From the NCBI GenBank assembly GCA_013360875.1, contig JABWAU010000001.1, forward strand, positions 40,835 to 104,834: 64,000 nt of DNA, read 5' to 3'. This stretch comes from Anaerolineales bacterium (lineage in GTDB: Bacteria > Chloroflexota > Anaerolineae > Anaerolineales > Villigracilaceae). A program made the position numbers and the translations under genes. Position 1 is the first letter of the stretch; the number at the start of each line of letters is the position of its first letter. Positions 1 to 8,290 of the stretch are shown here, one piece after another. Under the pieces are notes generated by a model. It had not been told where the DNA came from. It did no database searches and saw only the letters and a list, made by a program, of their open reading frames with translations.

Positions 1-755
1 TGGAGATCATCCAGGAACGCATCGAGCGTGAATACGATCTGGATGTTCTCTTTACCGCGCCATCGGTGGAATATCAGGTCTTGATGATTGACGGTTCGGT
101 CGTCCCGGTCGACTCGCCCGCCGAACTGCCCGATGAATCGAAGATCGTCGAGATCCGCGAACCGTGGATGACCATCGAGATCATCACGCCGACGGAATAT
201 TACGGTCCCATCATGGAACTGGTCACCAAGCGGCGCGGCATCTTCAAACAGCAGGAATATCCCGCGCCGCACCGCGTGCAACTCGATTTCGAGATTCCAC
301 TTTCCGAGATCATCGTGGATTTCTTCGACGATTTGAAATCACGCACCAAGGGTTACGCCTCGCTCGATTACCAATTCCTCGAGTATCGCCCCGACGATCT
401 GCAAAAACTGGAGATCCTCGTCAACGGCGAGCCGGTGGATGCGCTGGCGACCATCGTCCACAGGAAGGATGCGTTCCACAAAGGGCAGCGCCTCATCACC
501 AAACTAAAGGAGTTGATCCCGCGCCAGTTGTTCGACGTGGCGGTCCAGGCTTCGGCAGGCGGGCGCATCATTTCGCGCGCCAACGTCAAAGCCACGCGCA
601 AGGACGTGCTGGCGAAATGCTACGGCGGCGACATCACGCGCAAAAAGAAACTTTTGGAGAAACAGAAGAAGGGCAAGAAACGTCTCAAGATGGTCGGCAA
701 CGTCGAAATCCCCCAGGACGCGTTCATGGCGGTCCTGAGACTGGAAGAGGAGTGA
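1..755 (+). CDS. lepA: Elongation factor 4 (LepA), C-terminal part; 5' end lies outside the window
   Basis: Frame 3 is open from the window edge. EIIQERIEREYDLDVLFTAPSVEY and the C-terminal YGGDITRKKKLLEKQKKGKKRLKMVGNVEIPQDAF are classic LepA sequence. Stop TGA at 753-755. Confidence 0.9.
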   Translation, partial: EIIQERIEREYDLDVLFTAPSVEYQVLMIDGSVVPVDSPAELPDESKIVEIREPWMTIEIITPTEYYGPIMELVTKRRGIFKQQEYPAPHRVQLDFEIPLSEIIVDFFDDLKSRTKGYASLDYQFLEYRPDDLQKLEILVNGEPVDALATIVHRKDAFHKGQRLITKLKELIPRQLFDVAVQASAGGRIISRANVKATRKDVLAKCYGGDITRKKKLLEKQKKGKKRLKMVGNVEIPQDAFMAVLRLEEE

Positions 756-760
756 GGGTG

Positions 761-824
761 TAGACAGGAAAACAGGCACACACGTACATAGGTAGACAGG
801 TGGACAGGCACAAACGGATACAAG
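761..824. repeat. Degenerate octanucleotide array, 8 units (TAGACAGG AAAACAGG CACACACG TACATAGG TAGACAGG TGGACAGG CACAAACG GATACAAG)
   Basis: Read directly. Constant 8-bp register, starting 6 nt after the lepA stop. Confidence 0.7.
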
Positions 825-866
825 CCTCCCCGCGTACTTGTGTACTCTCCCCAAAAAGGACAAATC

Positions 867-1871
867 ATGAAAGACACAAAACGCTGGCTCCCCGGAGCAA
901 TCATCAGTATCGGCTTGATCGCCGTCTTCTTGTATTTCGTAGACTTCGGCGAAATGGTGGATGCCATCCGTACCGCGAATTACACGATGCTGGGCATTGC
1001 GTTCGCGCTGGGCTTTCTCTGGATCGCCATCCGCGCGCAGGTCTGGCGGACGCTGCTTCGTAACCGCGCCTCTTACGGCGCAGTCTTCTGGACGGTCGGT
1101 GAAGGGTACTTCCTGAACAACTTCCTGCCGTTCCGACTCGGCGAATTGGGGCGCGCCTTCCTGCTCAGCCGCAAATCGGATATGAAGTTCATGGAGATCT
1201 TGCCCACCATCGTCATCGAGCGCGTGGTGGACCTGGGTTTTACTGCCGTGGTCCTGCTTGCCTCCCTGCCGTTCGTCGTTAAAGCGGAAGGGGCGGAACG
1301 TGCCGGGACGATCGTCGGTGTTGTGGTCGTTCTCGGGCTGACCCTGATGTACATCCTTGCCCGCAGCAACAAATGGGCGTTGGATATTTTCCACAAGCTG
1401 AGCGCGCGCTGGCCCGTTCTGCAGCGCGTGGGCGGCAACTTCCTCGAGTCCTTTTTCGCCGGGTTGAGCGTATTGACAGACGGCTGGCTCTTCCTGCGCT
1501 TCGTCTTTTGGATGGCGCTCAACTACGGGCTTGCCATCGTCTCCTATTATTTCATCATCCGCGCTTTCTTCCCGGAAGCGACCATGGTCTGGGCGATGTT
1601 CGGCCTGGGCGCGGCGGCGCTGGGGAATGCGATCCCTGCGCTACCGGGAGGGGTCGGCACGCTGGAAGGCGCTTTTGGCGGCGCGCTGATCCTCCTGACC
1701 GGCAACGAGTCCGTTTCATTCGCGACCGCGTTGAGCGTTCGTTTGTATAACTACATCAACAGCACTGTGATCGGCGGCATCGGTCTGGTGCGCGAAGGGC
1801 AGACGCTTTCCGGCATCTACGAGCAGTTGAAGAACCTGCGCGCCAGGCAAACCGAAGAGGTCAATCCATAG
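867..1871 (+). CDS. Flippase-like / lysylphosphatidylglycerol-synthase TM-region family membrane protein (UPF0104-like)
   Basis: Polytopic ORF with N-terminus MKDTKRWLPGAIISIGLIAVFLYFVDF typical of this family. ATG 867 chosen over the track start at 840. Confidence 0.6.
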   Translation: MKDTKRWLPGAIISIGLIAVFLYFVDFGEMVDAIRTANYTMLGIAFALGFLWIAIRAQVWRTLLRNRASYGAVFWTVGEGYFLNNFLPFRLGELGRAFLLSRKSDMKFMEILPTIVIERVVDLGFTAVVLLASLPFVVKAEGAERAGTIVGVVVVLGLTLMYILARSNKWALDIFHKLSARWPVLQRVGGNFLESFFAGLSVLTDGWLFLRFVFWMALNYGLAIVSYYFIIRAFFPEATMVWAMFGLGAAALGNAIPALPGGVGTLEGAFGGALILLTGNESVSFATALSVRLYNYINSTVIGGIGLVREGQTLSGIYEQLKNLRARQTEEVNP

Positions 1872-1874
1872 ATC

Positions 1875-2549
1875 ATGTTCCCGCTTTACGATACGGCGCG
1901 CTCGCGCAAGTTCCCGCTTATCAACCTCACCCTGATCGCCGCGAACGCGCTGGCTTTCCTGTACGAACTGCAAATGAGACCCGACGCGCTCCAGCAGTTC
2001 CTCTCCACCTGGGGGTTGGTCCCCATCCGCATACTGGCTGACCCGACCAACAACTGGAACACGATCTACTCATCCATGTTCCTGCACGGCGGCTGGTTCC
2101 ACATCATCAACAATATGTGGGTGCTCTATATCTTCGGCGATAACGTGGAAGCGCGCATGGGGAGTCTCAGGTACCTGGTCTTTTACCTGCTCAGCGGCAC
2201 CGCGGCGGGACTTCTGCAAACGTACGTCCTGCCGACCAGCCAGGTCCCGATGATCGGCGCGAGCGGCGCGATCGCCGGAGTGCTGGGCGCCTATCTCGTG
2301 CTATTTCCGCGCTCGCGCGTGGCGAGCTTCGTCCCCATCCTGTTCATCTTCACGGTCGTCGAAATCCCCGCGTTCATCTATTTGTTATTCTGGTTTCTCT
2401 CGCAGTTGTATTCAGGGTTGTTCGCCATTCAAGGCGGCGGCGGGAGCGGCATCGCATGGTGGGCGCACATCGGCGGATTTGTGTTCGGCTTGTTCATGAC
2501 GTTGTTCTTCGCAGGCAGGCGAAGGACGACTTATTATCGAAGTTATTAG
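1875..2549 (+). CDS. Rhomboid family intramembrane serine protease
   Basis: GASGAIAGVLGAY (catalytic GxSG) and WAHIGGFVFG (catalytic His helix), plus the HGGWFHIINNMW motif. Confidence 0.85.
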   Translation: MFPLYDTARSRKFPLINLTLIAANALAFLYELQMRPDALQQFLSTWGLVPIRILADPTNNWNTIYSSMFLHGGWFHIINNMWVLYIFGDNVEARMGSLRYLVFYLLSGTAAGLLQTYVLPTSQVPMIGASGAIAGVLGAYLVLFPRSRVASFVPILFIFTVVEIPAFIYLLFWFLSQLYSGLFAIQGGGGSGIAWWAHIGGFVFGLFMTLFFAGRRRTTYYRSY

Positions 2550-2555
2550 AATCCT

Positions 2556-2623
2556 GTCATGCTGAACGAAGTGAAGCATCTCTACCATACACAAGCGAGA
2601 CTCTTCGCTCCGCTCAGAGTGAC
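2556..2623. mobile_element. MITE-like palindromic element (termini GTCATGCTGAACG / CGCTCAGAGTGAC)
   Basis: Imperfect terminal inverted repeats read directly. Shares the right-end block TCGCTCCGCTC with the 4608-4701 copy. Lies in the intercistronic spacer after the rhomboid gene. Confidence 0.55.
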
Positions 2624-2645
2624 ATAATCAGACGGCAGGAAATAA

Positions 2646-3671
2646 ATGACTCGACATTACCTTGTGACTGGCGGAGCGGGATTCATCGGTTCGAACTACG
2701 TCCACAGGCTGATTCAGCGAAATGAGCCTGTCACCATCTTTGACAATTTATCCCGCGCGGGCGCGCCGCGCAACGTTGATTGGTTGAAGAGTCAGTTCGG
2801 GGACGACGCGTTCAGGCTCATCGTCGGGGACGTGCGAAGCGCCGACCGGATCGCAGAAGCGGCTAAGGACGCCGACGTCATCATCCATTTGGCGGGGCAG
2901 GTCGCAGTGACGACATCCGTAACAAACCCGAGGGAGGACTTCGAAGCAAATGCCCTGGGCACGTTCAACACGCTCGAAGCCGCGCGACTTTCGGGACGCG
3001 ACCCAATCTTCATTTACGCCTCCACGAACAAGGTGTACGGCGGCATGGAGGATGTGAAACTGATCGAAAAACCCACACGCTGGCTGTATGCCGATTTGGA
3101 ACATGGCTGCCCCGAAACCCAGCCGATTGATTTCCATTCGCCCTACGGATGCAGTAAAGGCGCGGGCGATCAATACGTGCGTGACTATGCCCGCATCTAC
3201 GGTCTGCGGTCTGTCGTCTTCCGTCAATCCTGTATTTACGGACCGCGTCAATTCGGCATCGAGGACCAGGGCTGGCTGGCATGGATGACCATCGCGGCGG
3301 TGACGGGACGCCGCATCACGATCTACGGCGACGGCAAGCAGGTGCGCGACGTGCTGCACGTGGAAGATTTGATGAACGCCTACGATGCCGCGATCGAAAA
3401 GATAGACATTGCAAAGGGACAGGTTTACAACATGGGCGGCGGGGCGCGCAACGTGATGGCGGTCTGGGCAGAGTTCGGTCCCATTTTGGAGAAATTGCTC
3501 GGCAAAAAGATCGAAGTGGAGCGCGCTGATTGGCGCCCCGGTGACCAGCGCGTCTTCTACGCCGATTTCCGCAAAGCCCAACGCGAACTCGGCTGGGAAC
3601 CGAAGATTGATTTGGAAGAGGGGATCGAGATGCTGTTCGAGTGGGTCAGGGAAAATAGGGAGATGTTTTAG
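2646..3671 (+). CDS. NAD-dependent sugar-nucleotide epimerase/dehydratase (SDR family)
   Basis: VTGGAGFIGSN Rossmann motif; YGCSKGAGDQY (YxxxK); AGGA upstream of the ATG. Confidence 0.85.
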   Translation: MTRHYLVTGGAGFIGSNYVHRLIQRNEPVTIFDNLSRAGAPRNVDWLKSQFGDDAFRLIVGDVRSADRIAEAAKDADVIIHLAGQVAVTTSVTNPREDFEANALGTFNTLEAARLSGRDPIFIYASTNKVYGGMEDVKLIEKPTRWLYADLEHGCPETQPIDFHSPYGCSKGAGDQYVRDYARIYGLRSVVFRQSCIYGPRQFGIEDQGWLAWMTIAAVTGRRITIYGDGKQVRDVLHVEDLMNAYDAAIEKIDIAKGQVYNMGGGARNVMAVWAEFGPILEKLLGKKIEVERADWRPGDQRVFYADFRKAQRELGWEPKIDLEEGIEMLFEWVRENREMF

Positions 3672-3707
3672 AGAATAGGTGAGCGGAATAAGACACGATG
3701 ATCAAAG

Positions 3708-4103
3708 ATGCGGAAATACTCTGCCAAATACAAGACGAATGGAAAACTGTTCGCAAAGGTTGCTGCGAATATTGTTTGGTCATTCGCTGGTGGTGGATAC
3801 GTTTCGCATGATTTTCGTTGTGTGGCATATAGTCTAACTTTGTTGTTTAGCTTTACGGTTCTCGAACATGTGCTTCAACAACTTCGTGATGAGGGTCGAT
3901 TTACGTGCAAATCTAATCTCGTTGGCAATCTCATGATAGCAAGCAAGAAGTCACTGCCGTGGAAAGATTTTATACTAGTGGACGAAGCACGTGGGCGGCG
4001 TAACGATATTGCCCATCGACAACAATGGGTTGAGATAGATGATTGTAAGAAATATATAGATGCTATTGAAAATGAACTACGCGGGTGGAATATACTCGAA
4101 TAG
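3708..4103 (+). CDS. Hypothetical protein with HEPN-like Rx4H motif, located in the AT-rich islet
   Basis: 131-aa ORF with RNDIAH at nt 3999-4016 in an alpha-helical-looking C-terminal half. Region is visibly AT-richer than its flanks. Function tentative. Confidence 0.4.
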   Translation: MRKYSAKYKTNGKLFAKVAANIVWSFAGGGYVSHDFRCVAYSLTLLFSFTVLEHVLQQLRDEGRFTCKSNLVGNLMIASKKSLPWKDFILVDEARGRRNDIAHRQQWVEIDDCKKYIDAIENELRGWNILE

Positions 4104-4173
4104 TATCCTTTGACCAATTATCCCAAAAGATTTCCCTTTATTTTGCCTGCATCATATTAAAGCACTCTTTTTA

Positions 4174-4581
4174 TCATCTCTTCCTATACAACAAACTCAA
4201 CACCAGCGCGCCTGACAATCCCAATATTAAATCGACGATGGTATCTTCCAGTCCGCGCACCATGTGGGTGCCCAGGAAATAATCTGCGAGGTTTTCATAA
4301 AATTCCCAGAAGACCGCCGTTGTCCCTGTGCAGGTGAAGGCGAAGAGGATGCGGATCGGGAGCGGGATATCCCCCACGATCCTTTGCGAATTGCGGATGA
4401 GGGAACGATAAAAATACGTGATCGTCACGCCGCCCATAAAATGCGTGGGAACATCCAGGATGGGATACAAGTCATAGAGACGGAACGCCAGCCCAAATAA
4501 ATAAAAACCAAACACGCTCAACGGCGCCCACGCGGACTCTTTTAGTGTTGCGATGATCCAGTTTAAGATTTTGTTTTGCAT
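4174..4581 (-). CDS. Hypothetical small polytopic membrane protein
   Basis: About 4 hydrophobic helices. ATG at 4581 preferred over the TTG at 4593 used by the track. Confidence 0.5.
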   Translation of the reverse strand: MQNKILNWIIATLKESAWAPLSVFGFYLFGLAFRLYDLYPILDVPTHFMGGVTITYFYRSLIRNSQRIVGDIPLPIRILFAFTCTGTTAVFWEFYENLADYFLGTHMVRGLEDTIVDLILGLSGALVLSLLYRKR

Positions 4582-4607
4582 TGACGACCTCAATGGTTGT
4601 TTTGGTT

Positions 4608-4701
4608 GTCATTTCGAGGCTATGCAAGCGGCTGACGTTGTGCCCGTAGGGTAGAAATCCTTTTCCCCAATGAGCAAGATTTCTCGCTCCGCTCGAAAGA
4701 C
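4608..4701. mobile_element. MITE-like palindromic element (termini GTCATTTCGAGG / CTCGAAAGAC)
   Basis: Terminal inverted repeats read directly. Related to the 20362-20445 copy. Confidence 0.55.
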
Positions 4702-4789
4702 AGGACATTGGGCTGGCTTACAAACCGATGTATTTTATCCTTGAAAAGCCGCTCTGTCATACGGACCCTCATTCCCTCTTCGCTTCGGA

Positions 4790-4795
4790 TATAAT
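4790..4795 (+). promoter_or_regulatory. TATAAT -10 box upstream of the GT4 gene
   Basis: Exact TATAAT 12 nt before ATG 4808. No convincing -35. Confidence 0.35.
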
Positions 4796-4807
4796 CCCCC
4801 CGCCTAT

Positions 4808-5962
4808 ATGAAAATCCTCACCGTCCTCACCTACTACCGCCCGCACACGTCGGGACTCACCATCTATGCCGAACGCCTGGCGCGCGCCTTCGCCCAACGC
4901 GGACACCAGGTCACTGTGATGACCACGCAATACGACCCGTCCCTGCCGCGCGAAGAGGCGATGGACGGCGTAAAGGTCATCCGCATCCCGGTCGCGGCGC
5001 GCGTCAGCAAAGGCGTGCTTGCCCCCACGTTCGGTTTCGTCGCGACCAAACTCGTCCTTCAGCACGATGTCATTCAACTGCACCTGCCTCAATTCGATGC
5101 GCCCGGCGTCGCCCTGCGCGGACGTCTCTTCGGCAAGCCAGCCGTCCTCACCTATCACTGCGACCTGCAACTCCCATCCGGTCTCTTCAACCGCTTTGTC
5201 AACATGGTGGTGGATTTCCAAAACAACCTGGCGGGGATGCTCGCGAATCACATCGTGACCTATACACAGGACTACGCGGATAATTCTCCCTACCTCTCGC
5301 GCTACGCCTCCAAACTGACCCCGATCCTGCCTCCCGTCGAGCTGCCGAGTCCACTCCCCGGCGCGGTGGAGGCGTTCGCAAAGGAACATCACGTCAAGGA
5401 GCGGCGTCCCGTCATTGGCATGGTGACGCGCTTCGCTTCTGAAAAAGGCGTGGAAGTCCTGCTGGATGCTTTGCCAACGATCTTGAAGAAATATCCGAAC
5501 GCACAAGTCTTATACGCTGGTCAACATAAGAATGTAATGGGCGAAGAAGCCTACTTTGACCGTTTGTATCCGAAGATCCGTGAATATGAGCAGTCAGGTC
5601 ATTGGACATTTCTTGGCAATCTCACTCCTCTTCAACTTTCAGCGGTGTACCCCAACCTGGACGTGTTGACCGTCCCCTCGCTCAACTCAACAGAGGCGTT
5701 CGGTCTCGTCCAGATCGAAGCGATGATGAACGGCGTGCCGTGCGTCGCCTCCGCATTGCCGGGGGTACGACAGCCTGTGACAATGCACGGGATGGGACGC
5801 GTCGCCCAAATTGGAGATTCAGCCAGTTTGGCGGAATCCATTCTCGAGGTCCTGAATGAACCGCAGAAGTTCCAAGGCGACATCGAAGCGATCAGGAAAG
5901 CCTACAACCCCGATTCCATCGCCCAGGAATATGAGAAATTGTTTGCAAAACTTATGGGATGA
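4808..5962 (+). CDS. Glycosyltransferase family 4 (GT-B fold)
   Basis: N-terminus MKILTVLTYYRPHTSGLTIYAERLA and EAFGLVQIEAMMNGVPCVAS (E-x7-E motif). Confidence 0.85.
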   Translation: MKILTVLTYYRPHTSGLTIYAERLARAFAQRGHQVTVMTTQYDPSLPREEAMDGVKVIRIPVAARVSKGVLAPTFGFVATKLVLQHDVIQLHLPQFDAPGVALRGRLFGKPAVLTYHCDLQLPSGLFNRFVNMVVDFQNNLAGMLANHIVTYTQDYADNSPYLSRYASKLTPILPPVELPSPLPGAVEAFAKEHHVKERRPVIGMVTRFASEKGVEVLLDALPTILKKYPNAQVLYAGQHKNVMGEEAYFDRLYPKIREYEQSGHWTFLGNLTPLQLSAVYPNLDVLTVPSLNSTEAFGLVQIEAMMNGVPCVASALPGVRQPVTMHGMGRVAQIGDSASLAESILEVLNEPQKFQGDIEAIRKAYNPDSIAQEYEKLFAKLMG

Positions 5963-6347
5963 CTTCGAAGCCTTGATCGGAAAAATGACTGTCAAAAGCA
6001 AAAGCCGTTTCGACGTTGTGTCTCCTCATGGTATCGAAACTGGCATTGTCCACAAGACTGATCTGGCGGCGATTTGTTTTGATCACGGCTTTCACGATGG
6101 CATTGTGAAGTTCTTCGTCCATCCATTCGACTTCGATGAAAGGGATGATGTCATTGTGTAAAATGGATACAGCCTCCAGCCCGATGCGGCGTTGAATCAA
6201 GGCAATGCCTTCCACGAGGACATAGTTATTGCAAATCAGGTCCTGTTCCTCTTCGATCAACCGTTGCCAGGTTTGCATGGCTCGTTCATGATCGGGATCA
6301 TCCCCGTTCACCAATGCAAGAAGGGCAGAGGTATCCACGTAGATCAT
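5952..6347 (-). CDS. vapC: Type II toxin, PIN-domain ribonuclease VapC
   Basis: MIYVDTSALLALVNGDD start with conserved acidic residues. 4-nt overlap with the upstream antitoxin gene. Confidence 0.8.
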   Translation of the reverse strand: MIYVDTSALLALVNGDDPDHERAMQTWQRLIEEEQDLICNNYVLVEGIALIQRRIGLEAVSILHNDIIPFIEVEWMDEELHNAIVKAVIKTNRRQISLVDNASFDTMRRHNVETAFAFDSHFSDQGFEVIP

Positions 6348-6616
6348 GATGCGTAGATCTCCTCGAGATATTTATCGTGGTTGACTGCCAGGTCTTTTTT
6401 GCCTTCGATGTCTCGAAACTTTGCTTTCCTGATCTTTTCAAGACCTGCCAGCGCGCGTCGTTTCTTTTTCAATCTTTCAGGATCTATTGCGGAAGAGGTC
6501 ACATAAGCCGCCACGCTCTCGCGCACCAGTTTGGCAACGGGCATTTTGCGGGCTTTTGCCAGCGCCTTCAAAGCCCGAACCTGCTCCTCGGTCAATTGAA
6601 TCATCATCCGAACCAT
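6344..6616 (-). CDS. vapB: Ribbon-helix-helix (CopG-like) antitoxin VapB
   Basis: 90 aa; IQLTEEQVRALKALAKARKMPVAKLVRESV is an RHH pattern. Located directly upstream of the PIN gene. Confidence 0.75.
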   Translation of the reverse strand: MVRMMIQLTEEQVRALKALAKARKMPVAKLVRESVAAYVTSSAIDPERLKKKRRALAGLEKIRKAKFRDIEGKKDLAVNHDKYLEEIYAS

Positions 6617-6694
6617 AAAAACCTCAATTCTGCTATCACTTTTTTGAAAGTGCTATCATTATATCAACAAACAGGAAACCTCCGCAAAAAGAAC

Positions 6695-7513
6695 ATGACC
6701 AATCGTCAATCGAAAATCGTAAATCGCAAACCTGCACTGAGCGAGGTCGAAGTGTCAAAAGATTTTCTCTTCCTCCACCTCCGCGATCTTCCCTACTTCC
6801 GCGCCTTCCTGCGGGCGGTGGAGAGTTCGTATTATCAGGATTTGCCCCTGCCCGCCCCTGTCCTCGACGTGGGCTGCGGCGACGGTCACTTTGCCTCGCT
6901 GACCTTCGACCACAAAATTGACGTGGGACTCGACCCCTGGCATGCGCCCATCCACGAGGCGAAGCGTTTCGGCGCGTACAAATTCCTCGTCGAAGCAGAC
7001 GGTTCACGCGCCCCGTTCCCTGACTCGTACTTTTCGAGCGGATTCAGCAACTCGGTCCTCGAACACATCCCTCACATTGACGACGTATTGAAGGAAACCG
7101 CGCGCGTATTGAAGAAAGATGCGCCGTTCTATTTCTGTGTGCCGAACACGAGATATTTGAGCGAACTTTCGCTCGCACGCGTATTGGGCAAAGGTTACAC
7201 CGAATGGTTCCGAAAAATCTCACGAGTGCATCATGCCGACGAACCCGATGTCTGGAAGGAGCGCCTGGAACGCGCCGGTTTCGAACTTGTCCGCTGGTGG
7301 CATTACTTTTCGCCCGCTTCGATGCGCGTGTTAGAATGGGGACATTATTTCGGCGTTCCATCCGTGTTCGCGCGCGTCCTGACAGGCAAATGGATTCTTT
7401 CGCGGACGAGATGGAATTTGTTTTTTACGAGGAAATATGTGGAACGATACGCTTCGCCCGAGCCGATTGAGAACGGAACGTTCACGTTTTATATTGCACG
7501 CAAACGACGATAG
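6695..7513 (+). CDS. Class I SAM-dependent methyltransferase
   Basis: VLDVGCGDGHF motif I. ATG 6695 is in frame, but the GTG at 6752 with GAGG 5 nt upstream is an alternative start. The track extension back to 6377 is antisense to vapB and is rejected. Confidence 0.8.
   Translation: MTNRQSKIVNRKPALSEVEVSKDFLFLHLRDLPYFRAFLRAVESSYYQDLPLPAPVLDVGCGDGHFASLTFDHKIDVGLDPWHAPIHEAKRFGAYKFLVEADGSRAPFPDSYFSSGFSNSVLEHIPHIDDVLKETARVLKKDAPFYFCVPNTRYLSELSLARVLGKGYTEWFRKISRVHHADEPDVWKERLERAGFELVRWWHYFSPASMRVLEWGHYFGVPSVFARVLTGKWILSRTRWNLFFTRKYVERYASPEPIENGTFTFYIARKRR
6701..6728. repeat. Heptanucleotide array AATCGTC AATCGAA AATCGTA AATCGCA
   Basis: Read directly. Lies between ATG 6695 and the alternative GTG 6752 of the methyltransferase gene. 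Confidence 0.7.
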
Positions 7514-7574
7514 ACCGTTGACCATAGACCATACTTTGCTGGTCATTGTCCATCGTCCATTGTCCGTGGTCTGA
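7511..7574. repeat. Octanucleotide array with dyad symmetry (GACC-type units, then GGTC/GTCC-type units)
   Basis: TAGACCGT TGACCATA GACCATAC TTTGCTGG TCATTGTC CATCGTCC ATTGTCCG TGGTCTGA. Spans from the stop codon of one methyltransferase gene to 2 nt before the next ATG. Confidence 0.65.
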
Positions 7575-7576
7575 AA

Positions 7577-8290
7577 ATGTCCTTCGACGAAAACTATTTC
7601 TCCTCCCACACCTACGCCAACATCACCTTCGCCAAATACAGCATGTATTGGTGGTCGAATCGATTCTATGCCACGCTTGCGCGCAGATACGGCAGACGCG
7701 GCGCGCGCCTGCTCGAGGTGGGATCAGGCATGGGACATTTAACGGGACAACTCGAAGACACGTTCGAGACGTTCGGTTGTGATATCAACCATTGGGCGGT
7801 CAAGCAATCCAAATCCGTTGTGAATAAATCGTCCCTGCAAACCGCCAGCGCGCAGGAATTACCGTTTACCAATCACTCATTTAATATCGTTATCATCAAG
7901 CACATTGTGGAACACCTCCCTGACCCGCAAAAAGCGATCCAGGAGATCGCACGTGTGACCGAACCGGGCGGCACGCTCATCCTCGCCACACCCAACCTCG
8001 ATTCTCTGCTCAAGCCGTGGAAAGGCGACAAGTGGATCGGCTACCAGGATCCGACACATATCTCCCTCAAACGCCCCGCCGAATGGCTGGATATAATCCG
8101 TAGTGCGGGCTTCAGTCCACTAAAAGTTTTTTCGGACGGCTTTTGGGACGTGCCGTACATCCGCTTTGTGCCAAGCCAGATGCAGAAATTATTCTTCGGC
8201 TCGCTCGGCGGCTTTCAAGCCATTACCGGCTTTGTCTTCCTTCCCATGCGCTGGGGGGAAAGCATCATCGTGATCGCGAAGAAGAAATAA
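7577..8290 (+). CDS. Class I SAM-dependent methyltransferase
   Basis: LLEVGSGMGHLTGQL motif I, plus VIIKHIVEHLPDP. Confidence 0.8.
   Translation: MSFDENYFSSHTYANITFAKYSMYWWSNRFYATLARRYGRRGARLLEVGSGMGHLTGQLEDTFETFGCDINHWAVKQSKSVVNKSSLQTASAQELPFTNHSFNIVIIKHIVEHLPDPQKAIQEIARVTEPGGTLILATPNLDSLLKPWKGDKWIGYQDPTHISLKRPAEWLDIIRSAGFSPLKVFSDGFWDVPYIRFVPSQMQKLFFGSLGGFQAITGFVFLPMRWGESIIVIAKKK

Noticed and set aside
6377-6694. Long N-terminal extension of the methyltransferase ORF (track start 6377)
   Set aside because: The extension is the antisense of the vapB coding region and contains no methyltransferase-like sequence. The conserved protein begins after 6695/6752.
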